In this document: positions 12,937 to 25,583 of the stretch, piece after piece
Numbering within the stretch: position 1 is the stretch's first letter
Layout: each line of letters opens with the position of its first letter
Assembly (NCBI RefSeq): GCF_009914755.1
Contig: NC_060925.1
Reading direction: 5' to 3' (one strand)
DNA: 64,000 nt
DNA from: the human T2T-CHM13v2.0 reference genome, Homo sapiens
The notes under the pieces: generated by a model
Seen by the model: the letters and a program-made list of their open reading frames with translations, nothing else
Database searches by the model: none
What the model was told of the DNA's origin: nothing
Position numbers and translations under genes: made by a program

Positions 12937-15186
12937 AGTTGATCCTTGAACAACATGAGGATAAGGGAAGCCAATATGTCACGCAGTTGAAAATTCATAT
13001 ATAACTTTTGACTCCCCAAAATTTTAGCTACTTGACTGGAAGCCTTACCAATAACACAGACAGTTGATAGACACATAATTCATTTATTACATGTATTATA
13101 TACTATATTCATGTATTACATACTATATTCTTACTATAAAGTAAGGTCGAGAAAAGAAGATATTAAGAAATAAAGAAGAAAAAATACATTTACCATTAAT
13201 TAAGTGGAAGTAGATCATCACAAAGGTCTTCATCTTGTTGTCTTCATGTTGAGTGGGTTGAGGAGAGAAAGAGGAGAGGTTGGTATTGTCTCAGGGATGG
13301 CAGAGGCAGAAAAGGTGGAGAGGGTGGAAGGGGAGGAATGAGAGGTAGAAGAGGCAGGCATACTCTTTACAGAACTTTAAGAAATTGCATTGCAATTTCT
13401 GACTCTTTGTTTTTTCATTTCTCTAAAAATGTTTCTATTTGGTACCAATCTTTCTTCTATTGGTGGTTTAGTTTGAGTGCCCCTGTCTTAGAAGGGTCCA
13501 TGTCATAAGAGACATCAAAAGCAGTCACGAAAAATCAGAACTCTTCTGCAAGATTGCCTGAAGTGAATTTGTTTTCCGGCACTGTTTCTTCTGCATCTTC
13601 TTCCTCATCATTTGGCACTGATTTGGAAGCACTCACCTCCATCATGTTATCATCTGTTATTTACACTGTTGTGGTGTCTATTAGCGCTTGAATTTCTCCA
13701 AGATCCATATTCTGACACCCTTCATCTCTCACCTTTTATTTTTTTTGCCATATCCACAATCTTTTTCATAATTTCTTTGATTGGCTCTGTTTTAAATCCT
13801 ATGTCATGCACAACATCTGGACAGAAATTTATTGTTTTGGGATTGATGGCTTTCATGACATTTTCTATAACAACAATGGCATATTCAATGCTGTAATTCT
13901 TCCAGACTTTCATGATGTTATTCTCTATTGGGGTTCTCTTCCATAACATCGATGATCCTTTCCATAGAGTGTCATGTGTAATAAGCTTTAAAGGTCCTTA
14001 TGACCCCCTGATCTAAGGCTGAATTAGAGATGTATTTGACACAGATAGATGACTTCCATGCTTTCAGTGTTGAATTCATGGTGTTCTGCCCTGCCAGGGG
14101 CATTGTCCTATACTAAAAGAACTTTAAAATACAGTCCCTTACTGACAAGGTAGTCCTTGACTTCTGGGACAAAGCACCACCAAAACCAATCCAGAAGAAG
14201 CATTTCCATTGTCAAGGCCTTATAAATGTACAACCACATAACTATCAGCCGACATCTGTCTATCCCTTCAAAAGTCAGGTGTTAGCAGCTTTATAGATAA
14301 AGGTAGTTGTGATCATATATCCAACTGCATTTGCACAAAACAACAGAGTAAGCCTATCCCTTCCTGCCTGAAATCCTGGTGCGCAACTCTCTTCCTTACT
14401 ATTAAATACCATTCAGGGCATTTTTTCCTAGAATACAGCACTTTCATCTGCATTAAAAACCTGTTCATACACATATCTTTTTTTCTCAATGATTTTCTTA
14501 ATGTCACTTGGAAACTCTTCTGCTGTCTCTTGGTCTGAAGAAGCTGTTTCTCCTGTTACCTTGACATTGCTTAAGCAAAACGTCTTTAAAAAATTATCAC
14601 ACTATACTTTGCTGACATTAAATTCTCCAGCTTTAGATCTTTTACCATCCTTCTGCTTTGAATTGTCTTATAATGACTTTGCCTTTTCTTGAGTCATATT
14701 ACAGTCTATAGTTATGTCTTTCTTACAGCAAACCTGCACCCACATAAAAGCTGCATTTTTAATACAAGATTTAAAAAGTATTTTTCAAAAAGTGTAAGAT
14801 TTTTGTGCCTGCTGGTGCAGCTGTACTGATGGCTTCACAAATGTCCTTTCTTTTCTATAATGACTTTTACATGGAATTAATTTTCTGGAAATGGCGGGTA
14901 ACCACAGCTGCAGACTTCAGCCCATGGTACATATTAAGCAAATCAACTTTTTCTTGTAATGTCATGACTTTTCTCTGCTCCTTGGGAATATTTCCAGCAT
15001 CACTATTAGCACTTCATATGGGTCCCATTCTGTTACTCAAGATTTACGATATTACACTAAAAATGATTTTTTTAATACATGAGAAAAATGAGATACAACT
15101 TTTTACAGACATACAGTTTACTGGAGAAATGAACTGTTCATGCAGAGATGACTAGCACCACAGGCATTTTAAGCAGATACTAGCAA
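12937..15186 (-). mobile_element. Tigger2 with decayed pogo-family transposase; 5' end missing
   Basis: TIR 'cagttgatccttgaacaac'. Minus-strand transposase remnants: N-terminal 'RKVMTLQEKVDLL' near 14.95 kb and ORF 13722-13949 'IMKVWKNYSIEYAIVVIE...EPIKEIMKKIVDMAKK'. Confidence 0.9.
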
Positions 15187-16115
15187 TCATAGCAGCAGGC
15201 AATAGACAAATTCCTAGGGAGACAGGGATGGGTCCCTAGTGAAATCTGACCTTCAAACCAAAATCAGCTTGAAGCCTGAAAACCAAGCTGCCAGTTACAG
15301 GTGGAGTCAGTGACTGGAGTGAAAACTTCCTCAATGCCTTTTAGCCAATCAAATCATGCTTTTTCGAGGCCTACCCATAGAACAATCAGCATGCACTCCC
15401 CTATTTTGAGCCCATAAAAATCCTGGACTCAACCTCACAGATGGCTAACCACTTTCAGGCCCCCTCTCACACAGAGGGCTTTCAGGTCCCCTCTTGCTGC
15501 CGAGAGCTTTTCTGTCACTCAATAAAATTCTCCTCTGCCTTGTGAACCCTCTGGTTGCCACGTACCTCATTCCTCTTGGTTGTGGGACAATAACTCAGAA
15601 CTCACTGCATCGTGGGTGCAAAAAAAAGCTGTAAAATTCTTGCTCACCAGGCTATGGGAGTGAAAAAACCTAACCCATTGGGCACCACACACTCTTGTTT
15701 GCCGAGCTGCGGGTGAGCTGCGGGCGAGCTGCGGGCGAGCTGCGGGCAGCAGGAACAAATGAGAGCTGTAACACTTCATGGAGGCTCAAACCTCAGGACT
15801 CGCCAAGCAAAAGCTGTAACACCTCTTGGGGATCCGTGTTTGCTAGCATCTCGGAGTTGTTGGGTGCTGCCGAATCCCCCTCATCCAGACACTGGCACTC
15901 AAGGTGGAACCATTCATGGCATGCATGGACCAGCTGTGGGCTGAGTGCAGTGCTGCAACAAGTACAGGATCCTGGCTGGCAGCACAAGCCAAGTGCAGCC
16001 TGCCAGGCTGATTGGATGGAGCAAGCCCAGAAGGTCCAAGGAAAGCCCAGGCAGGGGCACTGCTGGCTGCCTGAGATTTCCAGCTGAAAAGCAGCATCAA
16101 AAGAATCCTGTGTCA
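15187..16115 (+). mobile_element. 5' LTR of an ERV1 provirus (MER61/LTR9-like, HUERS-P3 group)
   Basis: Starts 'tcatagcagcagg..agacaaattcctagg'; has CCAAT, 'cccataaaaa' TATA-like box, AATAAA at ~15521 and 'gctgtaacac' U5 repeats; ends ...TGTCA before the PBS. Confidence 0.8.
15703..15746. repeat. 11-bp GC-rich minisatellite (cgagctgcggg) x4
   Basis: Four copies with one C>T variant, read directly. Confidence 0.92.
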
Positions 16116-16443
16116 GTCAGTCGCGGTGGCCCACGCCTGTAATCCCAGCACTTTGGGAGGCTGAGGCGGGTGGATCATGAGGTCAGGAGTTCAAGACTAG
16201 CCTGGCCAAGATGGTGAAACCCTGTCTCTACTAAAATATGAAAAATTTAGCTGGGCATGGTGGCGGGCACCTGTAATCCCAGCTACTCAGGAGGCTGAGG
16301 CAGGGAATTGCTTGAATCAAGGAGGTGGAGGTTGCAGTGAGCGGAGATAATGCCACTGAGCTGAGACAGTGCCACCGCACTTCAGCCTGGGCGACAGAGT
16401 GAGACTCCATCTCGGGAAAACAAAAAACAAAACAAAACAAAAC
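16116..16443 (+). mobile_element. AluS (Sg-like) with internal 19-bp duplication and (CAAAA)n tail
   Basis: Alu dimer; 17-bp TSD aaaagaatcctgtgtca at 16099-16115 and 16444-16460. Confidence 0.93.
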
Positions 16444-16464
16444 AAAAGAATCCTGTGTCATTTC

Positions 16465-16482
16465 TGGGGGCTTTTCCAGGAT
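16465..16482 (+). promoter_or_regulatory. Retroviral primer-binding site, tRNA-Pro
   Basis: tgggggcttttccaggat vs canonical TGGGGGCTCGTCCGGGAT (3 mismatches, all at CpG positions), 4 nt after the LTR-terminal CA. Confidence 0.85.
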
Positions 16483-17630
16483 TGTCAGAAGAGTAAGAGT
16501 GAACCTCTCTCATTTTTATTTCTGAAGCTTCTTGTCCTAAGAATTTTTTTTCCCCAAAAACAGATAAAGCACCGGGCTCTGTCAGCCAGTTAAGAGCTAA
16601 TGGCACAGGTGCAGAACACAAGCCTGCTGGGGAGAACTTTGTCAACACTCCGCCATTGCCCTTGGGTGTTGGGAATGTTGGCTTTGTTTCAATCCAGCTT
16701 CCCTTCACGGAGGTCTAGCCATCTGTGGGAGGGGAAGGAGGTCCTGGGGCAATTGCGGGTATTGGGCTGAAGTTATACCTTGGTGTTATCCAAAGCCCCT
16801 GGACTGGCTCCAGTCCCCGACAGCCCACTAGGGTGTTGGCACTAGGACCTCCAGTCTTTTCTATGTCATTTTTATCCTTTCTTTTGAGGCTGTCATAGCT
16901 CCTATCTCTTTTTTATATTCAATGATAAGTGTTTTGTTGCAAACCAGAGAGAGAAATAATGTAACTGAGCACTTGGCTCAGTCATTAGGAGTATGATTTA
17001 GAACAACGTGGTTTCTGTCTATTCTTTGAAGCAAGGAGTATGCCATGATTGAGAGGTTTCTTTTCCCTGCTGAAGAAACCCAAAAGCATAGGACAATAGG
17101 CTGTTTCCTCTAGGCACGTTCCATCCCCTGCATTTAAGTTTTTTTTCCAACATGTCAGGAGTCAACATAGTCCTGTGAATACAGCAGGCTTTTCTATGCA
17201 AGGGATTAGTTTTTTTCCTCTTTGGAGGCATCTTATTAGGCCAGATCCCCAATTCCAGAGACTCCTTTTCTTTCCTTTGTTTGAGGAGGATCTGGCTTCA
17301 CAATGTCACTTTAGCATCACTGCAGTGTATTTTCCAAGCTTTCGTTTGGAACCTTAGAAAGAAAACTAGATCCGAGGGACCCAGAAGCAGTTGACAGCAG
17401 AAAGGTAGGGCACGCGCAACTATCCCTACCGATTAGGCCTTACTGCTCATGGGTGGAGGACGCACTCGCATTCATAGGTGGCACCTCTAGTGGCCACCAG
17501 GACTCAGGAAAGGAAAAGAGGGAAGAAAGGAAGGGATACCTTTTTTTCTCTCCCTCACATACCACAGGTTTTCACTGGAAGAGAGAAAGGAATGAAGGGA
17601 TGCCTTTCCCCCCGTCTCTCAGATGGGTAA

Positions 17631-17971
17631 TGATATGGTTTGGCTGTGTCCCCACCCAAATCTCATCTTGAATTCCCACGTGTTGTGGGAGGGACCCAGT
17701 AGGAGGTAATGAATCATGGGGGCAGGTGTTTCCATGCTGTTCTCGTGATAGTGATTAAGTCTCAGGAGATCTGATGGTTTTAAAAAGGGGGAGTTTCCCT
17801 GCACAACCTCTCTTCTCCTGTCTGCTGCCACATGAGACATGCCTTTCGCCTTCCACCATGACTGTGAGGCCTTCCCGGTCATGGGAACTGTAAGTCCATT
17901 AAAACTCTTTCTTTGTAAATTGCCCAGTCTCAGATATATCTTTATCAGCCGTGTGAAAATGGACTAATAGA
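17631..17971 (+). mobile_element. THE1A solo LTR
   Basis: tgatatggtttggctgtgtccccacccaaatctcatcttgaattcccacgtgttg...ggactaataga; 5-bp TSD ggtaa at 17626-30 and 17972-76. Confidence 0.92.
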
Positions 17972-18753
17972 GGTAACAAACCATCTTTAGCCTTTACACT
18001 CCTCTTGAGTGCATCTTGAATCGCTGAAACTCATTTGAGCCTCAGACACTGGGAAAACAAACAAACAAAAACAAAAAATGAAACAAAGAAAGCACCTCAT
18101 ATTCCTTTGCCCAAAAGTTTCGCTGAATTATGATTTGCAGGAAGGACAGGCCCGGCCTCTGGAGGGAAGCATTAATTTCAAAGCTCTCCTGCATCTGGAC
18201 CTTTTCTGTAAACATGGAGGAAAATGGTCTGAGGTCCCATATGTGCAGGCTTTCTTTGCCTTGCAAGGTAATCCTGACCTTCACCAGGGTTGTAGGATTG
18301 ATTCAGCCCTCCTAGCAGCCATCTCAGGAGAGGCTGCAAGGGCAATTCTAAGGGACTAAGGAAGCAAACCTCAGAGGTCCCTCCAGTGGGAGATTCAGCT
18401 CCCTCCAGTCCTGCTCCTCCTGGTCCACCCCATCCTCCCTATCCAAGTTCTCTCTCAAGCTTGCCGCATCCTAGAAATCCTCATATTAGGCACATTCTAG
18501 TCTCACTCCTGCCCCTATAAGAAATGCCTGGGGAATATGGTCCCATTAAGGTACAGGTTTCCTTTTCCTTACAGGACGTAAGGCAAATTAAGCAAGTTAT
18601 CAGATGACCCTGACAGTTAGATAGAAGCTTTCCAGAACTTAACCCAAATATTTGAACTCCCATGGAAGGATATTATGTTACTTTTGAATCAAATCCTGAT
18701 GACCACTGAGAAGCAGGCTGCCCTACAAGTGGCAAAGAATCTGGGGATGAGCT

Positions 18754-18850
18754 TTGTATCTCATAAAGTATCAGGGAAGGGGGTGAGTTGTATCTCATAA
18801 AGTATCAGGGAAAGGGGTGAGTCATAAAATATCAGGGAAGGGGGTGAGTT
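18754..18850. repeat. ~34-bp tandem repeat (2 full + 1 partial copy) inside gag
   Basis: Unit ttgtatctcataaagtatcagggaagggggtgag seen directly. Confidence 0.88.
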
Positions 18851-20279
18851 GGAAGGATAGCAGTAGCATTGGAGGACCCTAAATGGGACCCCAGTGATGA
18901 AATGGGGGAATGGAGGAGAAAACACTTCCAGGTGTGCATATTGGAGGGCTTCCAAAGGACTAGAGGTAAGCCTCCCAATTACTCCAAACTATCCATTACA
19001 GACCAGGGATTAGATGAAAATCCCTCTGCTTTCCTGGAAAGGCTAAGAGGGGCCTTGGTAAAGCATACCTCTCTACCTCCTCATTCTGTCGAGGGACAAC
19101 TATTCCTAAAGGATATGTTTATTACTCAGGCAGCCCCTGATATCAGGAGGAAGCATAAACAGGCCAGGGGACAAGGCAGTACTTTAAAGAACCTCCCGAA
19201 AGTGGACACCTTGGTCTTTTACAATAGGGATCAGGAGGAGGCCTGAGAGAGGAGATATGAGAAAAAGGCAGAGGCTCTAATCGCCACCTTGCAGGCTCAC
19301 AAGCCCCAGAATCACTGAGATGCACCTGTTAACTGCTACAAATATGGCAAGCCAGAGCACTTTAGGAAGGACTTCCCAGGCAGCCTGAGGAAGCCACTTT
19401 GACCCTGTTAAATCTGCAATGGGGATAACTGAATGGTGGACTGTCCCTGGAAATGCAGGTCACCAAGTCCAGAGCTAGTCTCCCAAATTGTCCATCAGGA
19501 TTGATGGGTCCTGAGACCGCTCTCTCCAGCTCCAGTGGTTCAGACCACCATTACCATCCAGGAGCCCTAGCTGATTCTGAACATCAAAGGGAGGAAGGTA
19601 GAACTCCTCCTTCATACCTGAGCAGCCATTTGTCTACTCCTTTCCAATCTGGGCCTCCCCTCCTCTCTTAGCATAGCCATGAGGGATGTCTTAGGAAAGC
19701 CTTTAACCCAATATTCTTCCCCACCCCTTAGTTGTAACTGGGGAGACCTCTTGTTTACCCACACCTTTCTAATCATGTCTGAAAGCCCAACTCTTCTGTT
19801 GATCAGGGATATTCTGGCCCATATGGGGACTACCATCCTTATGGCTCCAGGATAGACTCTGTCTCCTTCTAGGGAAGACTGATATTAACCCAGAAGTTTG
19901 GGCAATTCAAGGGGAAATTGGCCAAACCACAACCACCATACCAGTCTGAATCCTCCTTAAGAATACCACCTCCTTCCCTAACCAGAGACAATATTCTTTA
20001 AAACCAGAAGTTAGGAAATGACTAGAAGCTATCATTGATAACTTGAAGATGTAGGGCTTCCTCAAACCCTGCAATGGCCCTTGTAATACTTCAATATGGC
20101 GGGGGCAGGTATAAAAACTCAATGGAGAATGGAGGAGTGATTTTTCTACCACACTTAGGAAGTTGTAGATAAATAAGCCAGAACTGATCAGTGAAACAAT
20201 TCACATATCCTGGGAGTATCACCAAGGAATTTAGATAATAAAAGTTAACTTTGTAACTATATTTGTATTTGTCCATTTG

Positions 20280-20790
20280 TATATTTGCTAGGATAAGGCA
20301 GACTGCATTGACACCAAATATGTAGTTGTTCCACATCATGGAAGTTTATTTCTTGATTATGCAGCAGACATAGGCAGTTATGTTTGCAACAAATATCAAG
20401 GATTATGTGTACATTAGTTCTGGTATAGACCTAAACATGTTGGTCCATAAAAAATCCTTCAATATATAGAAGCATTTTTCTTTACTATCTAAAAGATCAG
20501 GATAGTCCCAGATTTACTGGAACTCTGGATCTTCAACGTGTATGCTCTTGGTCATTTATGAGTTGTTTCCATCTCAGTCCATCGAAAGAAAAAGAAATGG
20601 AGACGCGCACACTAGACAGACTTAGAAACAGACCTGAGAGTGGCACAATGCAGTTTTGTTCACAAAGTATTGATTAGAAATCACTGGTGTAACTGCATCT
20701 AAGTGCAAAGGAGAATGAGAAACATGATTTAAGTGTGCGTGTAGCAAGAAATGGAAATGGATTTTTATGAATAGCTAGAAGCGCAGCCAA
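20280..20790. mobile_element. MLT1J-like MaLR LTR (degenerate)
   Basis: 'gaagtttatttcttg', 'gacctgagagtggcacaa', 'gcatctaagtgcaaaggagaatgagaaacatg'. Confidence 0.45.
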
Positions 20791-21421
20791 AATGTAAAAG
20801 AAGTGTTGTGTGTTTGGAGATTTTAAGGACAGCTCATACTGGAAGACATAAAAGCTGCAGCATATAGCTTAGGAAAGGTAGGGAATGCACACATAATCAG
20901 TTGATAACAAATGACTATAAAAGAATTTACAAAGGAGCCCAAGAAGGAATAGGGCTTGCGGGGGCAATAGTCAGGTAGAATTATGTAGCATTTAAAATGT
21001 ATAGAGACTATTGAATACTTAAGCACAATGTATACAACAACAGCAAAAGTATTGGGAATTGTTGATGTCCATATGTCGTTGCTTGCTGTCAAGTAGATTT
21101 TTCTCAAAAAGTGCAAGCTTTAAAGATGTAATCTTTTAGATCTGTCCACACCTTTGTATTAAACTGCACGTGACTTCTTTGCAGTTTTCTGTTATAGAGA
21201 ACAACCTTTCCTAATAGGAAATAACTCAGTAAGCCAGGAGTGTGTTATGTGCTCTATACATATTTAAAGTTGATGGTATTTTCCCTGTATAAAATTGTGT
21301 TTTATCTGGAAGCATTCTTTATTACAACATCATCCAACTGTGGTCTAGATTTTGGAAAAGTAAAAGTCATAGCATTCTGTCGTGATTCCCATGAGACATT
21401 CCATCTTCTTGTTCATATTAA

Positions 21422-21857
21422 GTTATAGTTGGTTAAATTGAGACCACTCCCCTTTAAATTTATTGATGTCCTAACCCCTAATACCTCAGAAAAATAAACT
21501 TATATGGAAATAATATCACTGTAGATGTAATTATTTAAGTTAAGATGAGGTCTTACTGAAGTAGGGTAGTCTTCTAATCCAATATGACTGGTTATTTTAC
21601 ATAAGGAGAAATTTAAACAGAGATAAACACACTGGGGAAATGTCATGTGAAGATTGGAATTACACTGCCACAAGCCATGGAATGACCAGAAGCCACGAGA
21701 GACCCCCAGAACAGAGTCTTTCCTAGACCTTTTAGAGGTAATAGGGCTCTGCTGACACGTTGATCTCAGATGGAAACTGTGAGACAATAAATTTCTGTTT
21801 CTTGAGCCTCCCATTTTGTGAGGTTTTGTTACAACAGCTTCAGGAAACTAATACTCA
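21422..21857 (+). mobile_element. MLT1B/C MaLR LTR
   Basis: 'gtcctaacccctaatacctcaga', 'gttaagatgaggtc', 'aactgtgagacaataaatttctgtt', 'ggaaactaatac'. Confidence 0.85.
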
Positions 21858-24701
21858 TGGACGCTAGAGCTTGCACCGCTCAAAAAAGGTGTATTTACCT
21901 TCTGTACATAAGGGATTTTTAATCAGATTTCAAATCACTACAAGGATTGCATTTTTTTCTACAGTGGAGTGGATTTCTACAAATGTAATAGTCATCTAAA
22001 TTGTTGTATTATTCTCATATCCAGTGATTGTTTTCTGGGTGATAAAATATACCCAATATATTCAATGACCACCTGTAGGTAGTATGCCTTCTTCCATGCA
22101 TTACTTTTTCTTAAATAATGTTATTTCTTTTAAATATTCTTCCCTGAAAGCATTTATTTCTAATGTAGAAAGCATGTGCCATAGCCGATGAATTGCCATA
22201 CTGCTTTTTCACAGTTGTATCCCTCTTCCCTCAGTGACTGCATTATAATTTTATCCTTTTGCAAAGCGTTATAGAAAATCTCAACTTCTATGACAATGCA
22301 AGATTTTCAGAATAAAAAAACTTAGATTTCAAATAAAAAGATTCTTGAACACTCTCAAAATATTTACCAAAGGAAAAAGAAAAATGTAGGAATTCTGAAA
22401 TTTTAATTGCAATTACTATATTCTGAAAGTTTACACATATGTATGCATTCTGGAAAGAAGCATACCCCATGCCCCATAGTCAATAAATGGCACCTAAAGT
22501 ATCGTTCACATTTGGTTTTTGGTTCTGTGTTGCTCCATTATATGTTCCTTTGAATTATGTCAAAAGGCGATGAGCAAGTCAAAGATGTTAGCAGGGCATT
22601 TTATGGTTTAATGACTCGTAAATACGAGTCAAGGCAAAGAAAGTCTTATTTTTCTCTAAAACAACATTTTCAATAAGTTATTTCCACCAAAGATGCTAAC
22701 TCTATATTTAAGCCTAGTGTCGAAGGAAATTAGTAAGATACTGCCTGATTGGGCTAAGAGGCAGGTGAATCCCTGGGGTAGGCCAGGTAAGGAACAAATA
22801 TGCAGTCAGCATCTGCTGCCATGGTAATGCCAAGCCTGAGTTCCTTCTTAAAGCTGAAGAACCTTTGCTGGTTCCTTCAAATACCAAGCCTGAGTATGTA
22901 CACTTTTCTTAATTAATACCTTACGCAAGTGTCCTGGAATAAAAATAACCCTTGATTCTGTCTCACAAACATACCACTGAAGCAAGAATGTGATTCAACG
23001 CCCAGAACTGCATACTTTCCTTAACTGCTAGACAGTCCTGTAGTCAATTTAAATTTCAAATACAGTCTCGATGATTAAAGGATGAAACGCACCTCTGTCA
23101 AGATGAAAATCAATCCTTACCTTCATTCAAAATTAAGACTCTCCTGCACTTCCCCTTGCTTAAGGCTGCAGTTAGTGGCAGCCTGACTTTAGAGAAAGAG
23201 TTTATGGATTCTTCATTTTGCTTCTTCACCTTAAACTTCTCCAACCCACCCCCAGCTTGCTACACAATTTCTGATCCTTTTTGAGTCTGGCGAAGCTTGG
23301 GAGTGGGGATCAAGAATGGTAAAAAGAGTTGCAACAGAATAAGAAATGTCTCACCTGAACTAGTGTTTTCCTAAAGAGCTGAGCCCACTTTCTTAGGCAG
23401 CACTTTTTACCTCTCCAGCGAACTCTATCCCTGGAGATCTCTTTCCTGCATTGGCTCAACTGGATGCATTTCAACCCAGGACGTTCACATGGAACATCTC
23501 ATATAATCACTATGAACATCACATTTTTCTCTGGTTTTTTTGCTGACAGATTCTCTCTGCCTCTCTTGGAGAGCTTAAAAGCCAAGGCCCAGTACGACCC
23601 CACATTGTTTTTCTCCCTCACACAGCCCATAACTATGCGACAAAAGCAAATTTCCTTGCCTTAATAAATTGAGTCTGGAGATGACGCCGCACACAGCCAC
23701 TTCTGCCTTTCTGCCATGGGCTATGTCAGCTTTATCAGGGTGAGTCAATCACTACTCCTGCTTCTGTCACAGAACACACCTTTGAAGGTCTTGCAGCCAG
23801 CTCTTGCTGGCCTGAGATGAAGGAGGTAATACTCCTACCATTGTTTCCTGTGGGCGGACTTAGTCTGGCAAACGCTTTCCAAAGAAATTTCTGCCTAACA
23901 CCCTCCCTCTCTTTCCACTCTTATCCATAAATTTAAATCCTTTATCATGTTGAAGAGTCCAAGCCTCATGGAACCAATTCTTAAAATACTCCTTTGTGAT
24001 TTCTGCATACAGAAAACTCCCTCACACTCAATTTGGGAATGAATAGCTGTCATATTGACACTTCAGTTGAAACCAATTCAGGAACAGTCCTGCCTTAAAA
24101 CCATTTTATGTGAAAAGGAAATGATGGGGGATTTCATTTCCAAGCTAAAATAGTATCAGCATTTTTAATTTGAATTTTGATAAACGAATTTTAGTTAGAA
24201 AAGTCTCACCAGCATCCTAATGAGAAAATCTACCAAATTCTTCCAAAATAATTTATCTAGCTGTTATCAAATCAATGTTTAAAAAGCACTTGGAGTATAA
24301 AGTAATTATTTTTGTCTATCCGTATGCAACATAAAAGTTTACCCAAACTACCAAGTTTTACATGAGCATAGTATTTCATACTGAAAATATATGTGACTTG
24401 CAAGACACTTTATGGTATTGGGGCCTCTCTCTTTTAATCTTCTGGCAAATGAAGGTGACAAGAAAACCAGCGGAGCACAGTCATGGTACATAGATGATTT
24501 CCAAACAAGGTCTTTTCCAATGAAAAGATCTCACAACATTATTTGCACTCAAAATACACATTTGTTTCTCCCAAGATGGGAAATAATAATAAGAAATAAA
24601 GTCCAGGGAAATGAACACTAAAAGAGGGATATAGTTAGAATGTTATATATGTGTATCATAATTTTACTATATATTATAATTTAACTTTAAAATAATAGTC
24701 A

Positions 24702-25013
<312 letters not shown>

Positions 25014-25185
25014 TCACTAAATAGGAAGAAAAAAATTGAGAAAAGAAAATTATCACCACTAATTTACTTAACAATAAACTGTAATTTTAATATATCCTTT
25101 CTCCTATATCTTCTTAAGGTATTTCAAAAGCTGAAAGCATCCCACTTGACCGTGATTCATTGTACCTCTTCATTAAAAACCATTA

Positions 25186-25477
<292 letters not shown>

Positions 25478-25583
25478 TCACAAAGATTGCATATTATCCA
25501 TCACACTATCGGCCACTATTTATCTAGCCATTTCTTAATTTGATCACTTTTCATCTATTTAAAATTTCTGCACTCATAAGCAC

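Larger units (their letters stand above)
16461..20140 (+). mobile_element. Defective gammaretrovirus-like ERV internal region (leader, gag, pro, start of RT)
   Basis: Matrix 'LDLFCKHGGKWSEVPYVQAFFAL' (ORF 18078-18359); capsid MHR 'QGLDENPSAFLERLRGAL' (ORF 18869-19246); two decayed zinc knuckles at ~19330-19450; protease site decayed to LLHT*A; RT 'NPEVWA...QYSLKPE...PCNT...NGEWR', then truncation. Confidence 0.9.

Noticed and set aside
18754-18850. CRISPR-like array
   Set aside because: Units are directly adjacent with no unique spacers; eukaryotic context and no cas genes.
18078-19246. Gag ORFs as functional proteins
   Set aside because: Start codon separated by THE1A; multiple stops and frameshifts; decayed zinc knuckles and protease site.
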